From a virus, in IMG/VR virus record IMGVR_UViG_3300043313_002018, positions 6,730 through 70,729 of that record: a DNA stretch of 64,000 nt; one strand, 5' to 3'. Below the pieces are notes generated by a model. It did not search any database and was not told the origin of the DNA. It saw nothing but the letters and a program-made list of their open reading frames with translations. This document shows positions 45,939 to 54,706 of the stretch, one piece after another (positions within the stretch are counted from its first letter, which is position 1; each line of letters starts with the position of its first letter). The position numbers were made by a program, and so were the translations under genes.

Positions 45939-46661
45939 ATGGCAGGTATCAAGGATCTGAAGTTAGGCAAGGACGTGTTCGAGGCCAGGACCGCGGAGGC
46001 GCTGCCCGAGCAGATCGGCAGCCGCAAGCGCGCCCTCTACCCGGGCCCGTACCGCTTCAAGGCGCCCGTGGCCGCGAAGATCAACGAGTGCTTCGACACC
46101 TTCGAGGTGGAGATCGGCGGCAAGAAGGTCACCCGTGTGGTCGCGGTCCACCGCGACGGCGCCGAGCTGACCGTCATTCAGGCGCCGGCGAAGTACACCG
46201 AGCGCGTGGGGGACGCCTTCTCCACCCGCATCAGCAACGCCGAGCGCAAGCGCGGCAAAGGCGACGATGCCCCGATGGCGAGCGACATGGACTACATGCT
46301 CGCGGTATTACAGCCGAAGGGCACGCCGCTCCCGACCAGCAACCGCGGCTACCTCGAGGCGTACGCCAAAGTCGTGCCCGAGGCCGAGTTCGGCGCGGAT
46401 ATCGAGTGGAACTGGCGCTGCGACCCGAAGAAGGCCGCGCGCGTGCCGGACCCCGACAACGACGGCAAGACGATGGAGCTCAACGGCGAAGAGGGCCGGG
46501 AGAACCGCGCCGGCTGCAACACCAAGTACTACCAGAAGGACGTCCAGAAGGTGGACGCCGAGGGCAATGCCGACACGGCGGGCGAGTTCCCCCGCACGAT
46601 CGAGTGCCAGTGCGGCGCGATTCTGTTCGCCAACGAGAACCTGCAGAACTTCCGCAAGTAG
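45939..46661 (+). CDS. Putative single-stranded DNA-binding protein
   Basis: Position after nuclease and Sak4-like genes; PGPY.F start; terminal Cys cluster. Confidence 0.5.
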   Translation: MAGIKDLKLGKDVFEARTAEALPEQIGSRKRALYPGPYRFKAPVAAKINECFDTFEVEIGGKKVTRVVAVHRDGAELTVIQAPAKYTERVGDAFSTRISNAERKRGKGDDAPMASDMDYMLAVLQPKGTPLPTSNRGYLEAYAKVVPEAEFGADIEWNWRCDPKKAARVPDPDNDGKTMELNGEEGRENRAGCNTKYYQKDVQKVDAEGNADTAGEFPRTIECQCGAILFANENLQNFRK

Positions 46662-46719
46662 CGGAAGGCAGGCCCCGCACCCGGCAGCACTCCTAAGTGC
46701 CGGGGACTCTCGGCGTGAA

Positions 46720-46760
46720 TGGCGCCCCGCGCTGGCGGGATAGTGGGCGCCACGCTTTTC
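46720..46760 (+). terminator. Terminator-like hairpin after the SSB-like gene
   Basis: TGGCGCCC...GGGCGCCA followed by cgcttttcc. Confidence 0.4.
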
Positions 46761-46778
46761 CTACAAGGCTGAGGATCC

Positions 46779-47975
46779 ATGGACCAGGACTGTCTCATCG
46801 TCGTGATCGGCGACTCGCCCCGGCTGCACACCGGACTGTCGCGCATCGCCCGCGATATCACCCAGCGCCTCTGGGCAGCGCGCGAGCGCCTGGGCATCCA
46901 GGTGGCACAGGTCGCCTGGGAACCGCGCGGCGTGGTCGCCCCGATGCCGCCATGGCCGCTGGTGACGTTTGCCGAGCTCGAGCAGGACTGGGGCGCGGAG
47001 CAGGTACTTGGGTATGTGAACGCGCTGACCGGGCAGCTCGGCGTCGATCCCAGCAAGGTCGTGCTGTTCACCATCTGGGACCCGGCCCGCTGCTTCGAGT
47101 ACCGGCACACCTGCGAGAACCTCTGGGGGTATTTCGCTGTCGACGGGCATAACCGCCATGGACGCTTCGGCGGGCCGGCGGCAGAAACGGTGGTGCGCTA
47201 CAAGCGGGTGCTGGCGTACACCGAGTACGGCGCGCAGGTGTTGCACGACACGATTGCGCATACGAACGGGCCCGGCCCTGTCATGCCCGTATCGTACCTC
47301 CCCCACGGCCACGACTGGGGCGCGGCCCAACGCGCGGACGCCATCGCCAACTGTCTGCCACCGACTGACGGCTGGCAGCTTGGGTGTGTCGCCACCAACC
47401 AACCCCGCAAGGACCTGGGGTTGTTCTTCGCCGTGCTCAGCATCCTGCGTGAGCAGGGCGAACCGGTACACGGCTGGCTGCACACCGACGCCCTGGTCAC
47501 CAGCGCCTGGTCGATCCCCGAGCTGCTCGAGGTCTACACCATCTCCCAAGACTGGTGCTACATCAGCGCCGGCCTGGCCGACGAGCGCTACCTGCAGGCC
47601 ATGTACGCGGGTTGTGCGGTGACGCTGGCACCGGGCCGCGGCGAGGGGTTCGGGTACCCGATCGTGGAGAGCTACGCCATGGGGCGGCCGGTGGTACATA
47701 CGAACTACGGCGGCGGCAAGGAGTTGACTCTTCCCGAGGGGCGTGTGGACTGTATCGCCTACGATACGGCGAATCCCTACGTCCTGCAGCGGCCGATTCT
47801 CCACCCGCAGGACGTCGCTATCCGCTGCCAACAGCTGGCCCATCAGATGCTCGCCGATCCGACCCGCGCCGCCTACTACGCCGGCACGGTCGCCAACCTC
47901 CACTGGGACCAGTTGTGGCCGCGGTGGGAAACATGGATTCGACAGGGGTTACGCGAGTTGAGGAGCACGCCATGA
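46779..47975 (+). CDS. Glycosyltransferase, GT-B (GT4-like)
   Basis: VATNQPRKD, GEGFGYPIVESYAMGRPVVHTNYGG (EX7E-type motif). Confidence 0.85.
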   Translation: MDQDCLIVVIGDSPRLHTGLSRIARDITQRLWAARERLGIQVAQVAWEPRGVVAPMPPWPLVTFAELEQDWGAEQVLGYVNALTGQLGVDPSKVVLFTIWDPARCFEYRHTCENLWGYFAVDGHNRHGRFGGPAAETVVRYKRVLAYTEYGAQVLHDTIAHTNGPGPVMPVSYLPHGHDWGAAQRADAIANCLPPTDGWQLGCVATNQPRKDLGLFFAVLSILREQGEPVHGWLHTDALVTSAWSIPELLEVYTISQDWCYISAGLADERYLQAMYAGCAVTLAPGRGEGFGYPIVESYAMGRPVVHTNYGGGKELTLPEGRVDCIAYDTANPYVLQRPILHPQDVAIRCQQLAHQMLADPTRAAYYAGTVANLHWDQLWPRWETWIRQGLRELRSTP

Positions 47976-48367
47976 GCGAGAGCAAGGTACGGGAGTTCAA
48001 AGCGGTGGAAGCGCGGGCACAGCTCCGCGATGCGACGCAGCGGCAGGTGCACGACGGCCCGCGCATCCTCGATGCCTTCGGGCGCGTGGTGCAGGTGGAC
48101 GACGGCATTCTGCTCGCGGAAACCTCGCCCATGTCGGTCGTATGGCGGGTGACGGCCCTGACGCCCGCCACCGAGCGCCAGCACCAAGGCGGCGTCTGGA
48201 TGGACCTGCAGGCGGGCATGCGCGTGCTGGTGGGGCCGAATGTGGCGAACCCGAGCGTGGTGCTGGGCATCCTGCGGAAAGAGAGCGCCGCGCCGGATGC
48301 GCCGGGGGCGGGGCAAACGGCTGGTGGGATCATTTTGTCGGACCCAGACGGGCTGAGTGAGCGATGA
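47972..48367 (+). CDS. Hypothetical protein
   Basis: GAGGAG RBS; ATGA coupling. Confidence 0.6.
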   Translation: MSESKVREFKAVEARAQLRDATQRQVHDGPRILDAFGRVVQVDDGILLAETSPMSVVWRVTALTPATERQHQGGVWMDLQAGMRVLVGPNVANPSVVLGILRKESAAPDAPGAGQTAGGIILSDPDGLSER

Positions 48368-49239
48368 AGGAACCTCGATTGGTCGTGGTGACGGCCACCG
48401 CCGACGCTAAGCGCTTCGGCGAATTCGCCCACGAGCTCGACTTCCACGCGGACGGCTCGGTGCCGATCGTGGCCGTGGCACAGAAGTTCGCCCGGTGGTT
48501 GCCACTCCGCAACGGCGTCATAGAGGGGCACAACGACTACCTGGGCGTGGTCCCGGCGTTCGCGCGGGGTTGCGAGATCGCCCTGCGTACGTACCCGCGT
48601 GCCGAGGTGATCGCCTGTCTGCACGATGATCTGCTAGTCAGCGAGCCCGACTGGGACCAGAAGCTCCTCGCCCACTTTGACACCCATCCCGACTGCGGCC
48701 TGGCCGGCTTCGGGGGCGCCTGGGGACTCGGGGACGAGCAGGCCGGGCAAGGCATCTATCGTCCGACCTGGCTGGTGCGTCGCGGGTTTATGTCGAACAT
48801 GCAGGACGCCGAGGCGCACGGCACACGCGTCACCGAACCGCGGAAGATCGCCTGCCTCGACGGGTTCTCGCAGGTGTTCCGGCGCACGTTCCTCCAAGGT
48901 CGTCACCACAACGGCGTCGGCCCGAACATTGCGTTCGACGGCACCCTCTTTAGCATCTTGCAGGACTGGGGCGTGATGCACCACGCCTACGACGCCGCCA
49001 CCGGCGCCTTCGCACGGTACCTGAGCTGGGACACCTGGCTCCTCCCCTTCGCCGTGCACCACAAGGGCGGGCAGACGGCCGTCGGGGACGCGCAGTACAA
49101 CGAGTGGGCGCGCACCCACGCGCAGAAGCTCCCCGACTCGACCTCCGTCGGCGATCAGGTGTTTTGGGAGCAGGCCCACAAGATCATCTGGCAGCGTCTC
49201 GGGCATTTGTTGCCCTTCGAGGTCGACCGCCTTGGGTAA
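48364..49239 (+). CDS. Glycosyltransferase, GT-A (GT2-like)
   Basis: IACLHDD....PDW......F...P..GLAG..G, ACLDG, HHAYD. Confidence 0.75.
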   Translation: MKEPRLVVVTATADAKRFGEFAHELDFHADGSVPIVAVAQKFARWLPLRNGVIEGHNDYLGVVPAFARGCEIALRTYPRAEVIACLHDDLLVSEPDWDQKLLAHFDTHPDCGLAGFGGAWGLGDEQAGQGIYRPTWLVRRGFMSNMQDAEAHGTRVTEPRKIACLDGFSQVFRRTFLQGRHHNGVGPNIAFDGTLFSILQDWGVMHHAYDAATGAFARYLSWDTWLLPFAVHHKGGQTAVGDAQYNEWARTHAQKLPDSTSVGDQVFWEQAHKIIWQRLGHLLPFEVDRLG

Positions 49240-49430
49240 ATCCATCGCGGAGCTCGACGCACTCCTCGGGGCGTCCCTCGACTCGACCGGGCCCGGTGCC
49301 AAGGACCGGCCCGAAGCCCGTACCTCAGTCGTCGCGGAGAAACTCCGTACCAGGCTTGCGAAGCGCGGTGCCCTGCCTCCCGACCCGGGCGCCACCGCCA
49401 ACACCGTGCAGGTCGGCGGAGTGACACGCT

Positions 49431-49883
49431 ATGGAGACGCGGGTGGTCCGGTGGTCGTGGTTAGGCGCGCTCGCTCGGAAGTACGGGAAGCCGCCGGCGC
49501 GGCCGGAAGTACCAGCGACCCCTTCGGGTGGAAGGTCCAACCCGGCAACGCCCTCGAGCCACCTCCCGGGCGACAACCCGCTGGGCTGGAGCGGGTACAC
49601 GGCCCGGGAACTGTTCCGCGTCGGCCGGCGCTTCCGCATTCTGCTCCCGCGGGAGGGGGAGTCACGCCGGCGGGCCCAGCTGACCGACACGTACACGATG
49701 GTCCAGCACGACCGGACGCAGGGGTACTTCCGGGGGGACCTGGACCCGGCGGGGGAGGACCTGCGGCGGTTTCCGTGGGCGACGTTCGAGCAGACGCTGG
49801 CGGAGGAGCGGGTACGGTGGCAGAACAGCCTACCCCGGGGGAGCACACCCTCCCACTTACGTTCCAGCACCTCGACGAGGTAG
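49431..49883 (+). CDS. Hypothetical protein nested in an alternative frame upstream of the helicase core
   Basis: GGAG RBS; globular-looking central part. Confidence 0.45.
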   Translation: METRVVRWSWLGALARKYGKPPARPEVPATPSGGRSNPATPSSHLPGDNPLGWSGYTARELFRVGRRFRILLPREGESRRRAQLTDTYTMVQHDRTQGYFRGDLDPAGEDLRRFPWATFEQTLAEERVRWQNSLPRGSTPSHLRSSTSTR

Positions 49884-51157
49884 AGGACAGCACGCCGGCG
49901 CCGCTCGCCGAGGGGGAGGCGCCCAACTGGCCCGGCCCGTTTCAGTTCGTCACCGGGCCCGCCGGCTGCGGGAAGACGTACCTCGCCCGCCAGTGGGGCC
50001 TGCACGACAAAGGCTTCCTGCTCTGCGCGACCACTGGCATCGCCGCGGTGAACCTGGGCGACGCGGTAACGGTACACAGCACGCTCAAGTTCTTCGACAC
50101 CGCCTCCCTCGAGGAGAACTTCGTCTCGGGCCACTTGCAGGCCCGCATGCGCAAGCTGCGCGCTAGCGGTATCACCCGCTACGGCATCGACGAGGTAAGC
50201 ATGATGCCGGCCCGGGTGCTCACCACCCTCACCCACGCGATCGAGGAGCTGAACTCCGACGCCGCCGTGGACATGGGGCACGAGCCGCAGATCGGCATCA
50301 CCCTGATCGGCGACTTCCTGCAGCTCCCGCCGGTCAAGGAGGAGTACGCCTTTCAATCCCCCGAGTGGCCGAAGTACGAAGCGCACATGCTCAAGCTCAG
50401 TACCACCTACCGCCAGACGGACCCCGATTTCATCCGGGCCCTGCGCGCGGTACGCCTGGGGCAGCCGGAGGAAGCGATGGACGTCCTCGGCCCGCACATT
50501 CAGCCGTCGCTGGACATGCGCTTCGACGGCACCACCATCCTCAGCAAGAACCTGCAGGTGGATCGCTTCAACAAGCTGCGCCACCAGGAGCTCGCCGGCG
50601 ACGTGCTCACCTACAAGAACACCATTACCGGCAAGCCGCTCCCCGAGTGGGAGAAGAATATCCCGATGTTCGTGGGACTGAAGCGCGGCGCCAAGGTGAT
50701 GATCCTGGCGAATAAGTACCTGGATATGGGCGGCGGCGAGCGGCTGCTGCTCTACGCGAACGGCGACACCGGCACCTTTGTGGACGGGGACCCGCGTACC
50801 AAGGTGGCCCACGTGCAGCTGAATCGCAGCGGGGAAGTCGTCCCGGTTACCTACAACATCCGGCAGAACCTGCTGCCGACCGGCGCCAAGGGGAAGAAGA
50901 AGGACCGGTATCAGGTGCTAGGTGAGGTCGAGTACATGCCGCTGCGGCTGGCGTACGCCTCGAGCGTACACAAATCCCAGGGCCTGACCCTCGATCAGGT
51001 GCAGGTCGATATTAGCGATCCGTTCTTTGCGGCGCCGGCGATGGTGTACGTGGCACTAAGCCGGGGGCGCTCGTTAGAGGGGCTGAGACTGGTGGGGAAC
51101 CCGGCGCTGCTGCTGAAGCGGTGCACGGTGGACCCATTGGTGGAGAGGTGGCGATGA
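49817..51157 (+). CDS. Pif1/RecD-like SF1B helicase
   Basis: FVTGPAGCGKT, DEVSMM, GDFLQLPPV, PLRLAYASSVHKSQGLTLD, YVALSR; likely GTG start 49817 after GGAGGAG (frame open back to 49232). Confidence 0.9.
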   Translation: MAEQPTPGEHTLPLTFQHLDEVEDSTPAPLAEGEAPNWPGPFQFVTGPAGCGKTYLARQWGLHDKGFLLCATTGIAAVNLGDAVTVHSTLKFFDTASLEENFVSGHLQARMRKLRASGITRYGIDEVSMMPARVLTTLTHAIEELNSDAAVDMGHEPQIGITLIGDFLQLPPVKEEYAFQSPEWPKYEAHMLKLSTTYRQTDPDFIRALRAVRLGQPEEAMDVLGPHIQPSLDMRFDGTTILSKNLQVDRFNKLRHQELAGDVLTYKNTITGKPLPEWEKNIPMFVGLKRGAKVMILANKYLDMGGGERLLLYANGDTGTFVDGDPRTKVAHVQLNRSGEVVPVTYNIRQNLLPTGAKGKKKDRYQVLGEVEYMPLRLAYASSVHKSQGLTLDQVQVDISDPFFAAPAMVYVALSRGRSLEGLRLVGNPALLLKRCTVDPLVERWR

Positions 51158-51999
51158 GTTTGCGATTGTGTCATCCGGGAAAGTTCGGGGATCTGCTCTG
51201 GGCCCTGCCCACCGCGCGCGCGCTGGCCGAACAGGCCGGCAAGGATGAGGAGTACGGCGGGGTAGAACTGCACCTGCCCAGCGCACTGCGCTCGATCAAA
51301 CCCCTGCTCGAGAAGCAGGGCGATTACCTTGCCAGCGTCGTACTGCATGACGACTGGCAGGTACAGGACACCGCGCCAGCCACACCGTTGCAGCCGCCCG
51401 GGTACACGATGCCCTCGCTCGGCTACAAGCAGTGGCCCGTACGCGAACTCCCCTACGAGGTCGCCTGGGAGCACGGCATGTACGAGAGTGGCCTGAGCGA
51501 CGCCCACTTCTTCCGCCCCTGGATTCACGTTCTCCCCTTGGACTATAACCTGGCCAGCGACCGGCAGCGCCTGGTCGTGCACTGGACCGATCGGTGGTTT
51601 GAGCTCAAACTGGGCATTCTGCGCGAGCTCCAGCGCGTCCTCGCCCGGGATGTGTACTGCCAGTGGATCGCGGCACCGGGATCGCGCATGGCCGAGGCCG
51701 GCGCGGTGCAGGTGGACTGGGTGGCCCTGGCGCGTACCCTGGCCGGCGCCGATGCCGTGCTGACCGACTGCAGCAGCGCGCACGTGCTGGCGGCCGCGGT
51801 GGGGGTGAAGACCATCCTGGTGGTCGAACCGGAAACGGATCGCCACCACTTCATCTTCTGGCCGGGGAGCACGGACACCTGGCAGCCGCGAGACACCGTG
51901 CTGGGGCGGGCGATCCGGCCGGTGCTGGGGAACGACGGGAAGCCCACCTTTGACTCGCGCCATACCATTGAGGAGGTCACCCGTGCCCTACGCCGCTGA
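51154..51999 (+). CDS. Glycosyltransferase, GT9 (heptosyltransferase)-like
   Basis: GKFGDLLWALPTARAL and ADAVLTDCSSAHVLAAAVG..T. Confidence 0.7.
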   Translation: MSLRLCHPGKFGDLLWALPTARALAEQAGKDEEYGGVELHLPSALRSIKPLLEKQGDYLASVVLHDDWQVQDTAPATPLQPPGYTMPSLGYKQWPVRELPYEVAWEHGMYESGLSDAHFFRPWIHVLPLDYNLASDRQRLVVHWTDRWFELKLGILRELQRVLARDVYCQWIAAPGSRMAEAGAVQVDWVALARTLAGADAVLTDCSSAHVLAAAVGVKTILVVEPETDRHHFIFWPGSTDTWQPRDTVLGRAIRPVLGNDGKPTFDSRHTIEEVTRALRR

Positions 52000-52429
52000 C
52001 ACCGAGGTCCCCGTCGATCGCTCCAAGCAGCAGATCGAGGCCATGCTCAAGCAGCGCGGCTGCGAGGGGTTTGCCTCTGCCTGGAGCTCGCAGGGCGACA
52101 CCATCGAGTTCATGTGGAAGGGCATGCGCATTCGCTTTGTGGTGCCACCGCTCGACCAGGAGAAGTACAAGCACGACGCCCAGGGCCGGGAACGCCGGGC
52201 GGAGGTGCTCGCCAAGCAGCTCGCCCAAGCGAACCGCGCACGCTGGCGCGGACTCTACCTAGTGGTGAAGGCCAAGCTCGAGGCGGTGGAGTCGGGCATC
52301 TCGATCTTCGAGGAGGAATTTCTGGCGTTCATCGTCGACCCTACCTCGAACAGCACGGTGGGGCAGGTACTGGTGCCGCGGCTGTTGAATGGTGGGAAGC
52401 TGCTGCTGACCGCTGGGAAGGAGACGTAG
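51983..52429 (+). CDS. Conserved phage hypothetical protein
   Basis: YA..T.V.V.RSK..IE..L...RARWR.L.LVVKAKLEAVESGI..FEEEFLA family. Confidence 0.75.
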   Translation: MPYAADTEVPVDRSKQQIEAMLKQRGCEGFASAWSSQGDTIEFMWKGMRIRFVVPPLDQEKYKHDAQGRERRAEVLAKQLAQANRARWRGLYLVVKAKLEAVESGISIFEEEFLAFIVDPTSNSTVGQVLVPRLLNGGKLLLTAGKET

Positions 52430-52431
52430 CG

Positions 52432-52908
52432 ATGGCTGATGACAAGTCTGCTCTCGAGGGCACGCGATCCCTCACAGACATACAAGAGGACTTGCGATGG
52501 ATTCGCTCGTTCATTGAGTATGCTCGCTACGAATTACAGCCGGGAGCACAGATGACTGGCGATCAGTTGCAATGCGAGGCTGACAAGGCCATCGCCAAGA
52601 TCGACGCCATCCTTGCGCTCTCCCGGCTCCCCGCAGACCAAGAGGAGGAGCGCGGTTGGCTGATCGAGAAATACCGTGATCGTAATGGTGACCCAATTCA
52701 ACCTGAATGGTGGGACGGTTCCAGTTTCAGAACAAATGCCGATCACGCGATGCGATTCAGCCGAGAAATAGACGGCAAACTCATGCTGTCGTTACTGCTC
52801 GGTAATACATTCGCGTTCGACTGCCGCGTCACGGAGCATCTATGGGAGCCAGCCCCGTCCCTCTCGTCACGGCTCCCCGTAGAGGAGCAGAAGGAATCCC
52901 GTGGGTAG
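52432..52908 (+). CDS. Hypothetical protein in a lower-GC patch
   Basis: GWLIE......WW.G..F.T.A..A.RF.R..D motif; AT-ending codons. Confidence 0.6.
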   Translation: MADDKSALEGTRSLTDIQEDLRWIRSFIEYARYELQPGAQMTGDQLQCEADKAIAKIDAILALSRLPADQEEERGWLIEKYRDRNGDPIQPEWWDGSSFRTNADHAMRFSREIDGKLMLSLLLGNTFAFDCRVTEHLWEPAPSLSSRLPVEEQKESRG

Positions 52909-53278
52909 ACTGTTAAATCCCGGCCTCGGCGAGCTCGCCGACCGCTACACCATCCTGCAGCTGAAGATCCTGCACGGCGACCCGACGAACGTCCAGCACT
53001 TCCACGCCGAGCAGGCGCAGGTGCTGATGACGATGGAGCGGCACGCCAGTCTGAACAGCGACCAGGTACGCAGCCTAATCGTCTACCTGCGCACGGTCAA
53101 CGGCGAACTGTGGACGCTCGAGGACCAGATGGCGGTGTACGCCAAGGCCCTGCTGGTCGACCCGCCGGTGGTCGCCGCGCTGGGCATGACGATCTGGAAG
53201 TTAAACCAGGAGCGCAACCAGCTCATTCAGCGGATCAACGTCGCCGCCGGCACGGATGCCGGCCCCGAGAAATTCTAG
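52901..53278 (+). CDS. DUF6165-like protein
   Basis: GELADR.TIL.LK...L..VN..LW.LED...LN..R..L...IN...G...EK. Confidence 0.65.
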   Translation: MGRLLNPGLGELADRYTILQLKILHGDPTNVQHFHAEQAQVLMTMERHASLNSDQVRSLIVYLRTVNGELWTLEDQMAVYAKALLVDPPVVAALGMTIWKLNQERNQLIQRINVAAGTDAGPEKF

Positions 53279-53308
53279 TTGACACGTGGTACGCACGTAC
53301 CATACATT
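53279..53308 (+). promoter_or_regulatory. Promoter TTGACA-N18-TACATT with the palindrome TGGTACG-CA-CGTACCA in the spacer
   Basis: Read directly; palindrome at 53287-53302. Confidence 0.7.
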
Positions 53309-53335
53309 CACCCCTTCCGAAAGGCTGAGGACCCC

Positions 53336-53605
53336 ATGAGCAAGGCACTTCCGACCCGCAAGGATGTATTCAGCAAGGACGGCCGGCGCTACGCCGGGTA
53401 CGCGCCCGCGACCGCCGGCGACGCGAACCTCCCGACGGGGGTACGCGGCACCTACAAGGGCCCGATCTACCGGCTGGAACGGCAGGTGCGCACCCGGCGC
53501 GGCTTCGGTACCCTGGTGCATGTGATCGTCTCGTTCACGCGCACCAAGGCCAAGGCCCACCAGATGGCGGCCGGCTGGGTGAAGATCGCCACGAAGGACC
53601 GGTAG
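53336..53605 (+). CDS. Small basic hypothetical protein
   Basis: ATG 53336 after AAGGCTGAG. Confidence 0.6.
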   Translation: MSKALPTRKDVFSKDGRRYAGYAPATAGDANLPTGVRGTYKGPIYRLERQVRTRRGFGTLVHVIVSFTRTKAKAHQMAAGWVKIATKDR

Positions 53606-53878
53606 GCCATGCTGGTGGCCCTGGTATCCAGCGTGCTCGAGTGCGGCGTCGCCGAGCACAGCGACATGCTCAAAACGGCGGTACGCACGGCCGACTCGTC
53701 GATCGAGTTTGTGACCGACGGCGCTTGGCTCGATCCGCAGCAGTTCTCGGGTACCTTCCCCGATGGCCGGGGATTTGACGCGGTACGGGGCGGACTTACC
53801 CATACACGCTTCGACGCCGCACTCGAGCACGCTGGATACCAGGGCCACCAGCATGGCCTACCGGTCCTTCGTGGCGAT
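53585..53878. repeat. Perfect 67-bp inverted repeat (53585-53651 / 53812-53878) with a 160-bp loop
   Basis: Base-by-base reverse complement; produces identical N-termini MLVALVSSVLECGV on both strands. Confidence 0.95.
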
Positions 53879-54706
53879 TTGGTGCACCTCAACTACCACC
53901 GCGGGCTGCATTCCCGCTGGACGCCGGAGGTGATCGCCAGCTACGGGCCCACCCCCTTCGTCATCACCTTCCACGACACGTTCGAGACGCAGCCGGACGA
54001 TCTAGCCTTCCGTCTCCTCGACACCTTCAACGTGCGCGGCATGGTGGTACACGAGCCCTGCGACCTCGTGAGCCATCCCAAGGTCCACTACTGGCGCCAG
54101 CCTTGCCCGCCGCCCCTCGGCCGCGGCTGGCCGGCGGATATCCCCAAAGTGTTCACTGCCCATGGCTGGCGCCCGACCCTCGGCACGCTCGGCTGGGACT
54201 TCCCGTGGAAGAACTACGACCTGCTGGCGGACGTCACCGCCGAGCGGGGCTGGAACCTGCGGATTGTCGGCAAGGTCGACGGGGACCGGCGGAAAGCGCT
54301 GGCCGCTCGCAACCCGAACATCTGGTTTGACGGCTACGTGGAGACGCCGGATGCGATCGCCAAGCTCAGTGCGTGCGACGCGACGGCGTTCCTGTACACC
54401 TGCGCCAATTCCGGCACGAGCGGGGCGATTCGCCAGGGCATTACGGCGGGCAAGCCACTGATCGCGGCAACCGGCTGCCGACAGTTCCGGGACTTGGAGG
54501 GTACCGCAGAGGGGTGGCCGATTCGGTGGATTGCGCCGAATGCCGATGCGCTCGCCATGACGCTGGACACCGGCGAGTACGGGTACAGCTTTGCCCTGAT
54601 CGGCCTCGCCCAGGACCTCAGCTGGGAGAAGGTTGGGCCGCAGTACGCCAAGCTGTATCGAGACGCGGTAGCGGATGCCGCGAGAAACGCCCGGCGCCTG
54701 CCATGA
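53609..54706 (+). CDS. Glycosyltransferase, GT-B-like, carrying the inverted-repeat insertion
   Basis: CGVAEH..ML, VHLNYH, VITFHD, GTLGWDFPWKNYD, SGAIRQGI.AGKPLI. Confidence 0.75.
   Translation: MLVALVSSVLECGVAEHSDMLKTAVRTADSSIEFVTDGAWLDPQQFSGTFPDGRGFDAVRGGLTHTRFDAALEHAGYQGHQHGLPVLRGDLVHLNYHRGLHSRWTPEVIASYGPTPFVITFHDTFETQPDDLAFRLLDTFNVRGMVVHEPCDLVSHPKVHYWRQPCPPPLGRGWPADIPKVFTAHGWRPTLGTLGWDFPWKNYDLLADVTAERGWNLRIVGKVDGDRRKALAARNPNIWFDGYVETPDAIAKLSACDATAFLYTCANSGTSGAIRQGITAGKPLIAATGCRQFRDLEGTAEGWPIRWIAPNADALAMTLDTGEYGYSFALIGLAQDLSWEKVGPQYAKLYRDAVADAARNARRLP

Noticed and set aside
46662-46778. tRNA or riboswitch in the intergenic hairpin region
   Set aside because: No cloverleaf, T-loop or known aptamer consensus; best explained as a terminator plus RBS.
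53201-53854. Antisense 217-aa ORF beginning MLVALVSSVLECGV as a real gene
   Set aside because: It exists only because the inverted repeat copies the GT start; the rest looks like a shadow frame. Kept only as evidence for the repeat.
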